Shown here: positions 13,798-21,267 of the stretch, one piece after another
Numbering within the stretch: position 1 is the first letter of the stretch
Layout of the letters: every line of letters begins with the position of its first letter
Translations under genes and position numbers: made by a program
The notes under the pieces: model-generated
Databases searched by the model: none
What the model saw: only the letters and a program-made list of their open reading frames with translations
What the model was told of the DNA's origin: nothing
Assembly (NCBI GenBank): GCA_001790095.1
Contig: MGBH01000001.1
Coordinates: forward strand, 840,001-872,000
Length of the DNA stretch: 32,000 nt
Reading direction: 5' to 3'
Source of the DNA: Candidatus Saccharimonadota bacterium
GTDB taxonomy: Bacteria; Patescibacteriota; Microgenomatia; UBA1406; GWC2-37-13

Positions 13798-16377
13798 TCA
13801 TTGACACTCCGCAAGTTCTGTCTGTTGATCTGCCCCCATATATATAAAACGGTATGGCTTATCAGGAAACTCTTGGTAGTTAAAATCGTAGACGACTGTC
13901 TCACCTGGCTTGAGCGATGTGCTTTGTATGGCAGGATTAGGAAACCCAGTGATTTCTTTTGCTTTCATGACAACCAGATATGGAGAAACCTGTTCTGTTT
14001 TTAACCCGAAATTGTTTGAAAAATGCACCCGAACATAAATCCTTCCTTTACTTTGCCAAACCTTTATGACTTTGGCAGACACATCTCCCTCAACAGTCAC
14101 CAAACCCCTGTTAATACATATCATCTCCTCACCTGTAACATTATCCGACGTGGTGCTAAAAGAAGATTGTTTTGTATCAACTGCTTTTTCATACAACTTA
14201 TCTATTTGAGGAGATGTTTCCTTAACAAGTGTATCGTATCGTTTGACCAGTTTTTCATCGATCCATTCTCCCCCTCTTATCTGCCTATTTATCTCCGATA
14301 CTAATCCATACCCTTCCTCAACATTTTTCCTTATCTGCGCTAGATTGTCTTTGTCCATACCGGGAAACCCCACAAAAGAATTGACTTCATTTAAAACCAT
14401 TTTTGTGGTTGCAAGTTCTTTTTGCCAATATTGTATGGTTTGAGATGAATAGGTAGGTCTGTCAGGCCTTGCGATGATGATGACAATTATGGGCATCTTG
14501 CACTCGTTGATGGACATTTGTGACTGACCAATACCGATCTCTGAAAACGTATCTGAATAGAAGTCCAAAAAGGCATTATTTTGTTCATGTATTTGATTCA
14601 AAATCTGCTCCTCGTCTAAATAACCGTAGGTAATAAACTCCGAAGTAGCTGTAAAAACATATCCTTCCTGTTTTAATACTGTCTCAACTACATAAGAATC
14701 GTTTTTCCCTGAACCTATGTGGGATGAGATATATGCTGCTTTGTTCTCAGCAATCTTATCCAGGGTCTTATGTATCGTAAGTGGTGAGAGACTCATATTC
14801 TCTCTTCCGCGGTTATATTTCTTTAGAAACAAATCTATATCAAGCTTAGCTCTTAGATTGGCTTTTGGGGAAGTACTTGTAAGTACATCTGCTTGGGGTG
14901 ATTTGATCACTCCGTCTATGTCTTTTTGACTTACAAAACCAATCGCCCGCGAATCAAAGCTCACGACTCGATTGTCGCCTAATGCAAGATAATGTTGAGA
15001 CGGAACTTTATACGTCCTACATTCAAGGATATACTCATTACCATAGGTCGGACCGTATTTTACATAGGGTTCTTTAATGAGTTCATTATTTATATATACG
15101 TGTCCCCCCTTGATAAGGATATCGTCTCCCGGCATACCAACAACCCGTTTAAGATAATGGGATGGCGCTGTCTCTTCGTTTCGAAAAGATATGATATCTC
15201 CTCTTTGAATTGGAAATTTTTTCGGGCTGCCTAGCGTAATCTTTTCACCGTTTTTAACGGTTGGATACATTGAAGTTCCATATACCGGAACAGTTATGGG
15301 TTTGTCAATGAGCCCATATTCAATGAGGCCGTTGTATACCTTTTTTTTTGTCTCAGTAATAGCTTTATTCCAAGTAGAAAACAAAATACCAAACAACAGG
15401 ATTGTATAAAAAATCTTTTTGACAACTGACTTTTTTGCAAAAAAAACATCTTTAGCAATTAATAATGGATGAGCTACAATAATAAATAATTTTTTAGTAA
15501 TTGAGTGCGTTTTCCCGTATTTTTTTTGATATATAAACAGATACGTAATACTCAAAGCCAAAAGAAAGACGGCATGATCCCAAATAAGTGCTGCTTCATA
15601 TGAAAAAAATAATGCCGGTATAAATATACCTATCCAGACTATGAGAAAAACAGACATTCCAGATCTCATACAGTTCGCATATGAAGAGGGAATATCAACT
15701 ATTTTAAGAAGTATGCGTATGATAAACGCCAACCACAATAAGGTAAAAAGAAACGCCAAACCAAATAAAAAAACCAACCCATGAAGAACTAATAAAAGAA
15801 AGAGGAAGACCCCAATCTGTAGTTTTGTTTTATTTTCCTCAACATATTGATTTAGTGATGAAAAATGTCTCTGGAGCACCTCTTTGTTTATCACCAAATT
15901 GGTGACTCGATCAAGTGGAGTTACTGTTATCCGACCGCTATTTAGATATACCAAACTGTTTCCAGTCAGTAACATATATGATTGATACTTTTCAAAGTCC
16001 TCTACCTTTGCCTTCGTATCAATCGTAAGCACTCTTACTTTTGCCCTTCCCTTTCCCGGGCTTTTTCCGGGTTGTAAAAGCTGATTAAACTGAGACTGTG
16101 AAAAACTGATGAAGTACGGCTCTCTAACGTTGGTACTTACTCTTCCGTTTTGGATCCTTAGTTCAAGCCCTGCTGGATATATGTCATGTATGATCGTCTG
16201 CTGTAAAGTGGCACTATTCTCTACGAACGTGTAGCCTGAAGATATTATGGCATACATCGGACGGACTGCCATGGCGTAGAAAAGAAACAGACATAAAAGA
16301 AGGGGCTTTTTTATTGATATTTTTTCCGTGAGAGATTTATCAATTGCATTTGTTATCGAAAAAAAAATTACTTTCAT
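13798..16377 (-). CDS. Polytopic membrane protein fused to a signal peptidase I (S26) domain and a C-terminal extension of about 350 aa (CAP/YkwD-like plus beta-sandwich-like)
   Basis: The S26 boxes are GTSMYPT (Ser, codon near 15273), YLKRVVGMPGD (Lys) and GDNRVVSFDSRAIGFV, mapping to about 14900-15291. Several TM helices lie upstream. The downstream FLKKYNRGRENMSLSPLTIHKTLDKIAENKAAYISSH looks CAP-like (weak). The alternative longer start is the ATG at 16431; I prefer 16377 because it leaves 67 nt before the divergent ndk paralog. Confidence 0.85.
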   Translation of the reverse strand: MKVIFFSITNAIDKSLTEKISIKKPLLLCLFLFYAMAVRPMYAIISSGYTFVENSATLQQTIIHDIYPAGLELRIQNGRVSTNVREPYFISFSQSQFNQLLQPGKSPGKGRAKVRVLTIDTKAKVEDFEKYQSYMLLTGNSLVYLNSGRITVTPLDRVTNLVINKEVLQRHFSSLNQYVEENKTKLQIGVFLFLLLVLHGLVFLFGLAFLFTLLWLAFIIRILLKIVDIPSSYANCMRSGMSVFLIVWIGIFIPALFFSYEAALIWDHAVFLLALSITYLFIYQKKYGKTHSITKKLFIIVAHPLLIAKDVFFAKKSVVKKIFYTILLFGILFSTWNKAITETKKKVYNGLIEYGLIDKPITVPVYGTSMYPTVKNGEKITLGSPKKFPIQRGDIISFRNEETAPSHYLKRVVGMPGDDILIKGGHVYINNELIKEPYVKYGPTYGNEYILECRTYKVPSQHYLALGDNRVVSFDSRAIGFVSQKDIDGVIKSPQADVLTSTSPKANLRAKLDIDLFLKKYNRGRENMSLSPLTIHKTLDKIAENKAAYISSHIGSGKNDSYVVETVLKQEGYVFTATSEFITYGYLDEEQILNQIHEQNNAFLDFYSDTFSEIGIGQSQMSINECKMPIIVIIIARPDRPTYSSQTIQYWQKELATTKMVLNEVNSFVGFPGMDKDNLAQIRKNVEEGYGLVSEINRQIRGGEWIDEKLVKRYDTLVKETSPQIDKLYEKAVDTKQSSFSTTSDNVTGEEMICINRGLVTVEGDVSAKVIKVWQSKGRIYVRVHFSNNFGLKTEQVSPYLVVMKAKEITGFPNPAIQSTSLKPGETVVYDFNYQEFPDKPYRFIYMGADQQTELAECQ

Positions 16378-16444
16378 ACAAAAAATGCGTGTCTTTTGAT
16401 TGTAGAATATGATATATTTTACTTTAACCATTTACTTAACACAA

Positions 16445-17035
16445 ATGAATAAGCAAAAAGCATTACTCATCATAAAACCCGACGGAGTTCAGAGGGGACT
16501 TTGTGGGACTATCCTTAAACGTTTTGAAAAAGTTGGCCTTACGATAATTGGTTTTAAATTTGCTTCAGCTGATCCCGCAACCGTAAAAGCACACTACCCA
16601 GAAAATGATGTATGGTTTGGTAAGGTGGGTCAACGAACTCTTACAAATTATGCGAAAAAAGGCTTGGATGCAAAAAAAATATTTGGGACTGATAATGCGA
16701 TACAAATCGGAAAGACAGTTAAGCAGTGGCTTATTTCTTATTTTCAGGAATCCCCTGTGTTGATAGTCGCAGTTGAGGGATACGAGACTATTGAGATCGT
16801 CCGTAAAATATCTGGAAACACTATCCCCATACTTGCGATTCCAGGCACAGTTCGCGGAGATTTTTCGCATGATACGATCGATCTTGCCAATGAACAAAAC
16901 AGACCGCTTCGTAACATTATCCATGCCTCAGATTCAGTAGAGGATGGGGAAAAGGAAGTAAATCTGTGGTTTACTAAAGAAGAGCTTTTTTCTTATAAGC
17001 GAGCTGATGAAGCTTTGATGTTTCCGCTTAACTAA
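16445..17035 (+). CDS. ndk: Nucleoside diphosphate kinase paralog, long form with the same internal insertion
   Basis: MNKQKALLIIKPDGVQRGLCGTILKRFEKVGLTIIGFKF, then GTVRGDFSHD, and the catalytic His in IIHASDSVEDGEKEVNLWF. The ATG at 16445 matches the family N-terminus; the 16409 start in the ORF track would add 12 non-homologous residues. Confidence 0.85.
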   Translation: MNKQKALLIIKPDGVQRGLCGTILKRFEKVGLTIIGFKFASADPATVKAHYPENDVWFGKVGQRTLTNYAKKGLDAKKIFGTDNAIQIGKTVKQWLISYFQESPVLIVAVEGYETIEIVRKISGNTIPILAIPGTVRGDFSHDTIDLANEQNRPLRNIIHASDSVEDGEKEVNLWFTKEELFSYKRADEALMFPLN

Positions 17036-17639
17036 GCACTTTATCAAATCCTTTAAATTTTTTTGCAATCTTCTCTGTTACTATCTGTATTTCTTGATAT
17101 AAATGATCTAGGTCTTTATTGTTCTCTATCAGAAAATCAGCCATATTCATACATCTTTTGACCTGTTGACCGGCATCGTTTTTTTCATCTTCATGGTCGC
17201 GATTATCAACTATTACAAAACTGTCCCAGTCTTTAGGATCCCACGGTTTTCCTCGTTCAATCACTCGTTTGTAACGCACCGCACGGGTTGCATCAACGGC
17301 AATGAGTACAAAATTAGGTAGTTTGCGCAAAAAGCGTACCTCGCCTGGATTACGTATCCCCTCAATGACGACCCTCGTACTTCCCTCTTTTTCCAATATA
17401 GAGATTGCTCGTTTTGCAAGCGCTCCCTCACCCTCTTTCGCCCGCAGTCCATCTCCTATGTCCTGTAGGGTCTTTCGAGTAAACTCGGTTACTCCTTTCT
17501 TTTTTAATTCTTCATGGACGATATAGGAAAGAGAGAAAGAAACAAAACCAAACTGTTTGATTAAATAATCAGCAACAACTCCCTTACCTGTTGCAAGAGA
17601 TCCAACCAAACCAATGAATAGTTTTGCTTTCATACCCAT
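17028..17639 (-). CDS. P-loop nucleotide kinase (dephospho-CoA kinase / UPF0200 / adenylate-kinase-like fold); substrate unknown
   Basis: The Walker A motif is GLVGSLATGKG, and EGIRNPGEVRFLR is typical of this small kinase family. Its 3' end overlaps the convergent ndk paralog by 8 nt. Confidence 0.7.
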   Translation of the reverse strand: MGMKAKLFIGLVGSLATGKGVVADYLIKQFGFVSFSLSYIVHEELKKKGVTEFTRKTLQDIGDGLRAKEGEGALAKRAISILEKEGSTRVVIEGIRNPGEVRFLRKLPNFVLIAVDATRAVRYKRVIERGKPWDPKDWDSFVIVDNRDHEDEKNDAGQQVKRCMNMADFLIENNKDLDHLYQEIQIVTEKIAKKFKGFDKVLS

Positions 17640-17644
17640 ATAAG

Positions 17645-17671
17645 ATTATCAGGATGTGTGGGTTTATGCAA
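17645..17671 (-). promoter_or_regulatory. Candidate promoter TTGCAT-15-GATAAT, 5 nt upstream of the kinase ATG
   Basis: The minus strand reads TTGCATaaacccacacatcctGATAATcttatATG. The spacer is short, so this call is weak. Confidence 0.3.
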
Positions 17672-17728
17672 ATTGAATTTATATACACATGTTTAGTTGG
17701 AGGTGATGTACAATATGAAACATAAACT

Positions 17729-18706
17729 ATGACAACCATACAAGTATCAAGCCTCATGAAAACGTTTAATATCTATCGAAAGCAGCCTGGGATAATGGGC
17801 TCGTTAGGATCGTTAATCAAACGATCTTATACTACATTCACGGCTGTTAACGATATTTCTTTTTCAATTGAAGAAGGAGAACTTGTCGGTTTTATCGGAC
17901 CAAATGGAGCGGGAAAAACAACGACACTCAAAATGCTCTCTGGCCTTCTCTATCCAACCAGTGGAAAGATTACCGTCTTAGGATATACACCGTTTGAACG
18001 AAAACCTGAGTTCCTAAAAAAGATATCCCTTGTGATGGGGCAAAAAAATCAACTATGGTGGGATCTTCCTCCCATGGAATCATTCCTTCTCAATAAAGAA
18101 ATCTATGAGGTCACAAATGACCGGTTCAAAACGGTTCTCTCAGAGCTCACTCATCTTATGGGCATTGAGGACATCCTAAACGTACAGGTTCGCAATCTTT
18201 CTCTTGGACAAAGGATGAAGTGCGAACTCATCGCACAACTCATACACTCCCCCCGGATACTCTTTCTTGATGAGCCGACTATCGGCCTTGACGTAGTAAT
18301 GCAGAAAAAACTGCGTGACTTTATAAGGGAATATAATAGACAGTATAAGGCAACCGTCATCCTTACCAGTCATTATATGGATGATGTTAAGGAGCTTTGC
18401 AAAAGGGTTATTGTCATAGACCACGGAAAGCTCCTTTTTGACGGTCAACTTGACAAGGTCATAAAAAAGTATTCTCGTCACAAATTGCTTTCAATCATAT
18501 TTAGTGATCCACCCCCCATCCACGAACTTGAATCACTGGGACAAATCATCCTACATGAGGGACAACAAATACATCTTGAGATAGAGCGGGAAAAATCCAA
18601 TGAGATTGCCGCACACCTACTTAAGACATATGCCATAGCAGATCTCAACATCGAAGAACCTCCTATTGAGGAAATCATCCGTTCGTTATTTTCCGAAAAA
18701 AAATAA
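17729..18706 (+). CDS. ABC transporter ATP-binding protein (ABC-2 type, COG4586-like)
   Basis: Walker A is GPNGAGKTTT, the signature is LSLGQRM, and Walker B is LFLDEPTIGLD, followed by H-loop TSHYM. Confidence 0.9.
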   Translation: MTTIQVSSLMKTFNIYRKQPGIMGSLGSLIKRSYTTFTAVNDISFSIEEGELVGFIGPNGAGKTTTLKMLSGLLYPTSGKITVLGYTPFERKPEFLKKISLVMGQKNQLWWDLPPMESFLLNKEIYEVTNDRFKTVLSELTHLMGIEDILNVQVRNLSLGQRMKCELIAQLIHSPRILFLDEPTIGLDVVMQKKLRDFIREYNRQYKATVILTSHYMDDVKELCKRVIVIDHGKLLFDGQLDKVIKKYSRHKLLSIIFSDPPPIHELESLGQIILHEGQQIHLEIEREKSNEIAAHLLKTYAIADLNIEEPPIEEIIRSLFSEKK

Positions 18707-18707
18707 A

Positions 18708-19502
18708 ATGCCAATACTGCAAATTGTTCTTCTCCATTTTCAGTATGTATTCTATAACCGAATGCGTTCTTTGGTGTGGTTCCTTATACCACTTATGAAC
18801 AACTTAATGCTCATCCTCTTCTGGTCAGGAGCTCTAAAACATAGTACACCATCAGAAAATTGGTCTATGGCATCTGTCACTACCTATTATTTTCTGTTAA
18901 CTATAGCAGGAGCGATGCTTTCTTCACACATAGAGGAAGATGTGGCGCTTATTGATATCCAGCAAGGAGATCTGACCAGATACCTGACCCGACCTTTTCC
19001 ATATTTTTGGATTAAGTGCATTGAAGAAATGCCTTATCGTATATTGCAGGGAACGTATGGAATCATACTACTTATTATCTTTACTCTTTTTTTCGGGACC
19101 TACATCCGCCTTACCCACGATCCCATTGCTATTTGCATGTCTGTAATCATCGCAGTCCTTGCTTTTCTCATAACGTTCACTCTTAAGATGAACCTGGGTC
19201 TGAGTGCTTTTTGGTTTAAAGACTCGAGGGGTTTTTTTGAACTTGTTACGATCGTACTTATTATTTTTTCTGGTGGAGTAGTACCACTCCACATCCTTCC
19301 CAAAGCAATGCAAACGATCTCCTATGCGCTCCCTTTTGCCTACACAGCATATTTTCCCATCATGGCAGTCCAAGGAGAACTGCATTATGCTTCACTTTTC
19401 CAAGTAATAGGCAGTCAAATCTTTTGGCTTACTGTACTTGTCGGTATCAATAGATTGATGTGGTCAAGAGGTATTAAAGAATTTACTGCATTTGGCCAAT
19501 AG
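18708..19502 (+). CDS. ABC-2 family transporter permease (first of two)
   Basis: A polytopic membrane protein starting 1 nt after the ATPase stop (TAA a ATG). It forms the usual ATPase plus two-permease trio. The ATG at 18708 replaces the overlapping 18666 start in the ORF track. Confidence 0.8.
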   Translation: MPILQIVLLHFQYVFYNRMRSLVWFLIPLMNNLMLILFWSGALKHSTPSENWSMASVTTYYFLLTIAGAMLSSHIEEDVALIDIQQGDLTRYLTRPFPYFWIKCIEEMPYRILQGTYGIILLIIFTLFFGTYIRLTHDPIAICMSVIIAVLAFLITFTLKMNLGLSAFWFKDSRGFFELVTIVLIIFSGGVVPLHILPKAMQTISYALPFAYTAYFPIMAVQGELHYASLFQVIGSQIFWLTVLVGINRLMWSRGIKEFTAFGQ

Positions 19503-19504
19503 CA

Positions 19505-20293
19505 ATGAAAAGATATTTTAATCTCTATAAAATTTTTCTTCGTTTTAGTTTCCTTAACTTTACGGTATTCCGTGCAAATTTTATAAACAGCATGGTGTCA
19601 ACAGTCGGTTGGGGCGTCTTTCAATTTGCATGGATAAATCTTCTTACCATACGCACTCAAAGTGCTTTTGGATGGAATAAACACGAACTTGTTATATTGG
19701 CTATCTTGTATATTATCATTATTGGCGTTTTCCATTTTCTCTTTTCCCGCAATTTTGAGCGCTTCTCACGGATAATCGATCGGGGCGAACTTGACTTTAT
19801 TCTTCTTAAGCCTGTTGATTCACAGTTCATGATAACCAACTTTATGCAGGGTTATCCCAACCTCATCCGTATAGGTCTTGGCATCATATTGTTAGTTTTT
19901 TATCTTCACATAAACAATATTTCCATTTCATTTGTTGGTTTGCTCGGATTTTTAGTCTTTATCGTGTTTGGCATAATGTTGCTTTACTCTCTATGGTTAT
20001 CTTACTGCACTCTTCTTATATGGTTTCCCCAGTTGACAAATATCCTTGACTTCCTTTACACCATAAATGGCATGTCCCGATATCCTTTGGAGATGATACG
20101 GGAGGTAAAAAGCTTTCTTCTTCTTTTCATCTTTCCTTTTTCAATAGCTATAGCCACTCCGGCAAAGGTGTTGGTCCGGGGGACGTTGGATGGAGATGTA
20201 TATTGGCTTATCTTTTTGTCAGTAATTTTATTCTTTACTTCACGAACATTTTGGAACTATGCTCTTCGATTCTATACTTCTGCAAGTAGTTGA
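19505..20293 (+). CDS. ABC-2 family transporter permease (second of two)
   Basis: A polytopic membrane protein starting 2 nt after the preceding stop codon. Confidence 0.8.
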   Translation: MKRYFNLYKIFLRFSFLNFTVFRANFINSMVSTVGWGVFQFAWINLLTIRTQSAFGWNKHELVILAILYIIIIGVFHFLFSRNFERFSRIIDRGELDFILLKPVDSQFMITNFMQGYPNLIRIGLGIILLVFYLHINNISISFVGLLGFLVFIVFGIMLLYSLWLSYCTLLIWFPQLTNILDFLYTINGMSRYPLEMIREVKSFLLLFIFPFSIAIATPAKVLVRGTLDGDVYWLIFLSVILFFTSRTFWNYALRFYTSASS

Positions 20294-20369
20294 AACAATT
20301 ATTTGAATAACTAACGTCTGTGATATATAATATGAATCATAAGGGGACGATCGAGTAGATCTACATTGG

Positions 20370-21149
20370 TCAAATTCGATATATATTACGTATTATCTGA
20401 AGAATGGTTTCCTGCCAAAAAAGCATCATGATCATTCCAAGTATTATGTATGGACCAAAAGCTATCTTGCTTTTCATTTTTTTCTTTTTTGATACTAACA
20501 ATAAAACTCCAACTATCGCTCCTAAAATAAATGCAATATAAAGAGCTACGAGTCCACTCTTTAAGCCAAGCAAAAAACCGACTATAAAACTTAACTTTAC
20601 ATCACCAAATCCCATACCGCGTCCTTTGGTGAGAAGATAAAGAAAGAGTATTGGCACCATAACTAAAGCTCCTTCAACCAGTCCAAATCCAAGTCCTGTA
20701 ACAGATACCCCTTGCAGAATCTTTAAAAGAAATACTATTAAAAATAAACTTATTTGTACTTCGTCTGGAATGATTTGTTTTTTCAAATCAACCATAAAAA
20801 TCACGATAGCACAGCTTACAATCCCCAGATAAGCAAGTAAACTGTAAAAATCCTGTTCTAGGTACACACCGGCCGGGTATCGAACAATAAATACCATCAC
20901 AAATAATAACCCTGTCAGCATCTCAATAAACGGATACTGCCAAGATAGTTTTCTTTTACAGTACCTACATTTTCCATTAAGGAGTATGAATGAAATAACT
21001 GGCAACAGATCCAATACTCCTAAGTTATGTTTACAAAAGTTACAGTGAGATCTTCCGTTTAATGATTCATCCCGTGGAAGACGGTCTATCACAACTCCCA
21101 AAAATGAACCGATCGCAGTACCGAGAATAAAAATAAATAGTTCAAACAT
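20370..21149 (-). CDS. pilD: Type IV prepilin peptidase (A24 family)
   Basis: The N-terminus GSFLGVVIDRLP is followed by paired Cys motifs, CNFCKHNL...CRYCKRKLSWQYPFIEMLTG. The catalytic-Asp motif GMGFGDVKL and the C-terminal AFGPY are present. The protein is polytopic. Confidence 0.9.
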   Translation of the reverse strand: MFELFIFILGTAIGSFLGVVIDRLPRDESLNGRSHCNFCKHNLGVLDLLPVISFILLNGKCRYCKRKLSWQYPFIEMLTGLLFVMVFIVRYPAGVYLEQDFYSLLAYLGIVSCAIVIFMVDLKKQIIPDEVQISLFLIVFLLKILQGVSVTGLGFGLVEGALVMVPILFLYLLTKGRGMGFGDVKLSFIVGFLLGLKSGLVALYIAFILGAIVGVLLLVSKKKKMKSKIAFGPYIILGMIMMLFWQETILQIIRNIYRI

Positions 21150-21160
21150 GTCTTATTATT

Positions 21161-21263
21161 ATCTCAAATATAAAATGTCAAATTGCAAATATACATATCA
21201 AATATCAAATCTATTAAAACATTTGAGATTTAACATGTAGATTTGACATTTGAAATTTGAGAT
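21161..21263. repeat. AT-rich dyad-symmetric array: 23-nt inverted arms (21/23 match) built from five NTCAAAT units on the left and four ATTTGAN units on the right
   Basis: The left arm ATCTCAAATATAAAATGTCAAAT (21161-21183) matches the reverse complement of 21241-21263, ATCTCAAATTTCAAATGTCAAAT. CAAAT occurs at 21165, 21179, 21186, 21199 and 21206. ATTTG occurs at 21221, 21241, 21248 and 21255. Each arm contains a TTGACA box pointing outward. Confidence 0.55.
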
Positions 21264-21267
21264 TCTA

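Noticed and set aside
16409-16444. The longer start (ATG at 16409) for the ndk paralog, and the TTG starts at 7362 (tmk-like), 1049 (methyltransferase) and 31939 (giant gene) in the ORF track.
   Set aside because: The N-terminal extensions are non-homologous to the families (NDK and Tmk begin right at the beta1 strand). The 7362 start lies inside a consensus -35 box. The reading frame at 31939 stays open to the window edge, so that TTG is internal.
16565-18714. Antisense ORFs within the ndk paralog (16565-16924), the kinase (17261-17452, 17302-17526) and the ABC ATPase (18151-18360, 18176-18481, 18478-18714).
   Set aside because: They are embedded opposite motif-bearing CDSs and have no independent signals.
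20355-20364. The 10-nt perfect palindrome GTAGATCTAC in the convergent gap between the ABC-2 permease and pilD, considered as a possible terminator.
   Set aside because: It has no loop and no flanking T-tract. It is too short to be a stable hairpin and is probably a chance palindrome.
21161-21263. I considered whether the TCAAAT/ATTTGA array is a CRISPR array or a MITE.
   Set aside because: The units are 7-8 nt, not 24-40 nt repeats with unique spacers. The window has no cas genes. I saw no target-site duplication and no second copy in the window.
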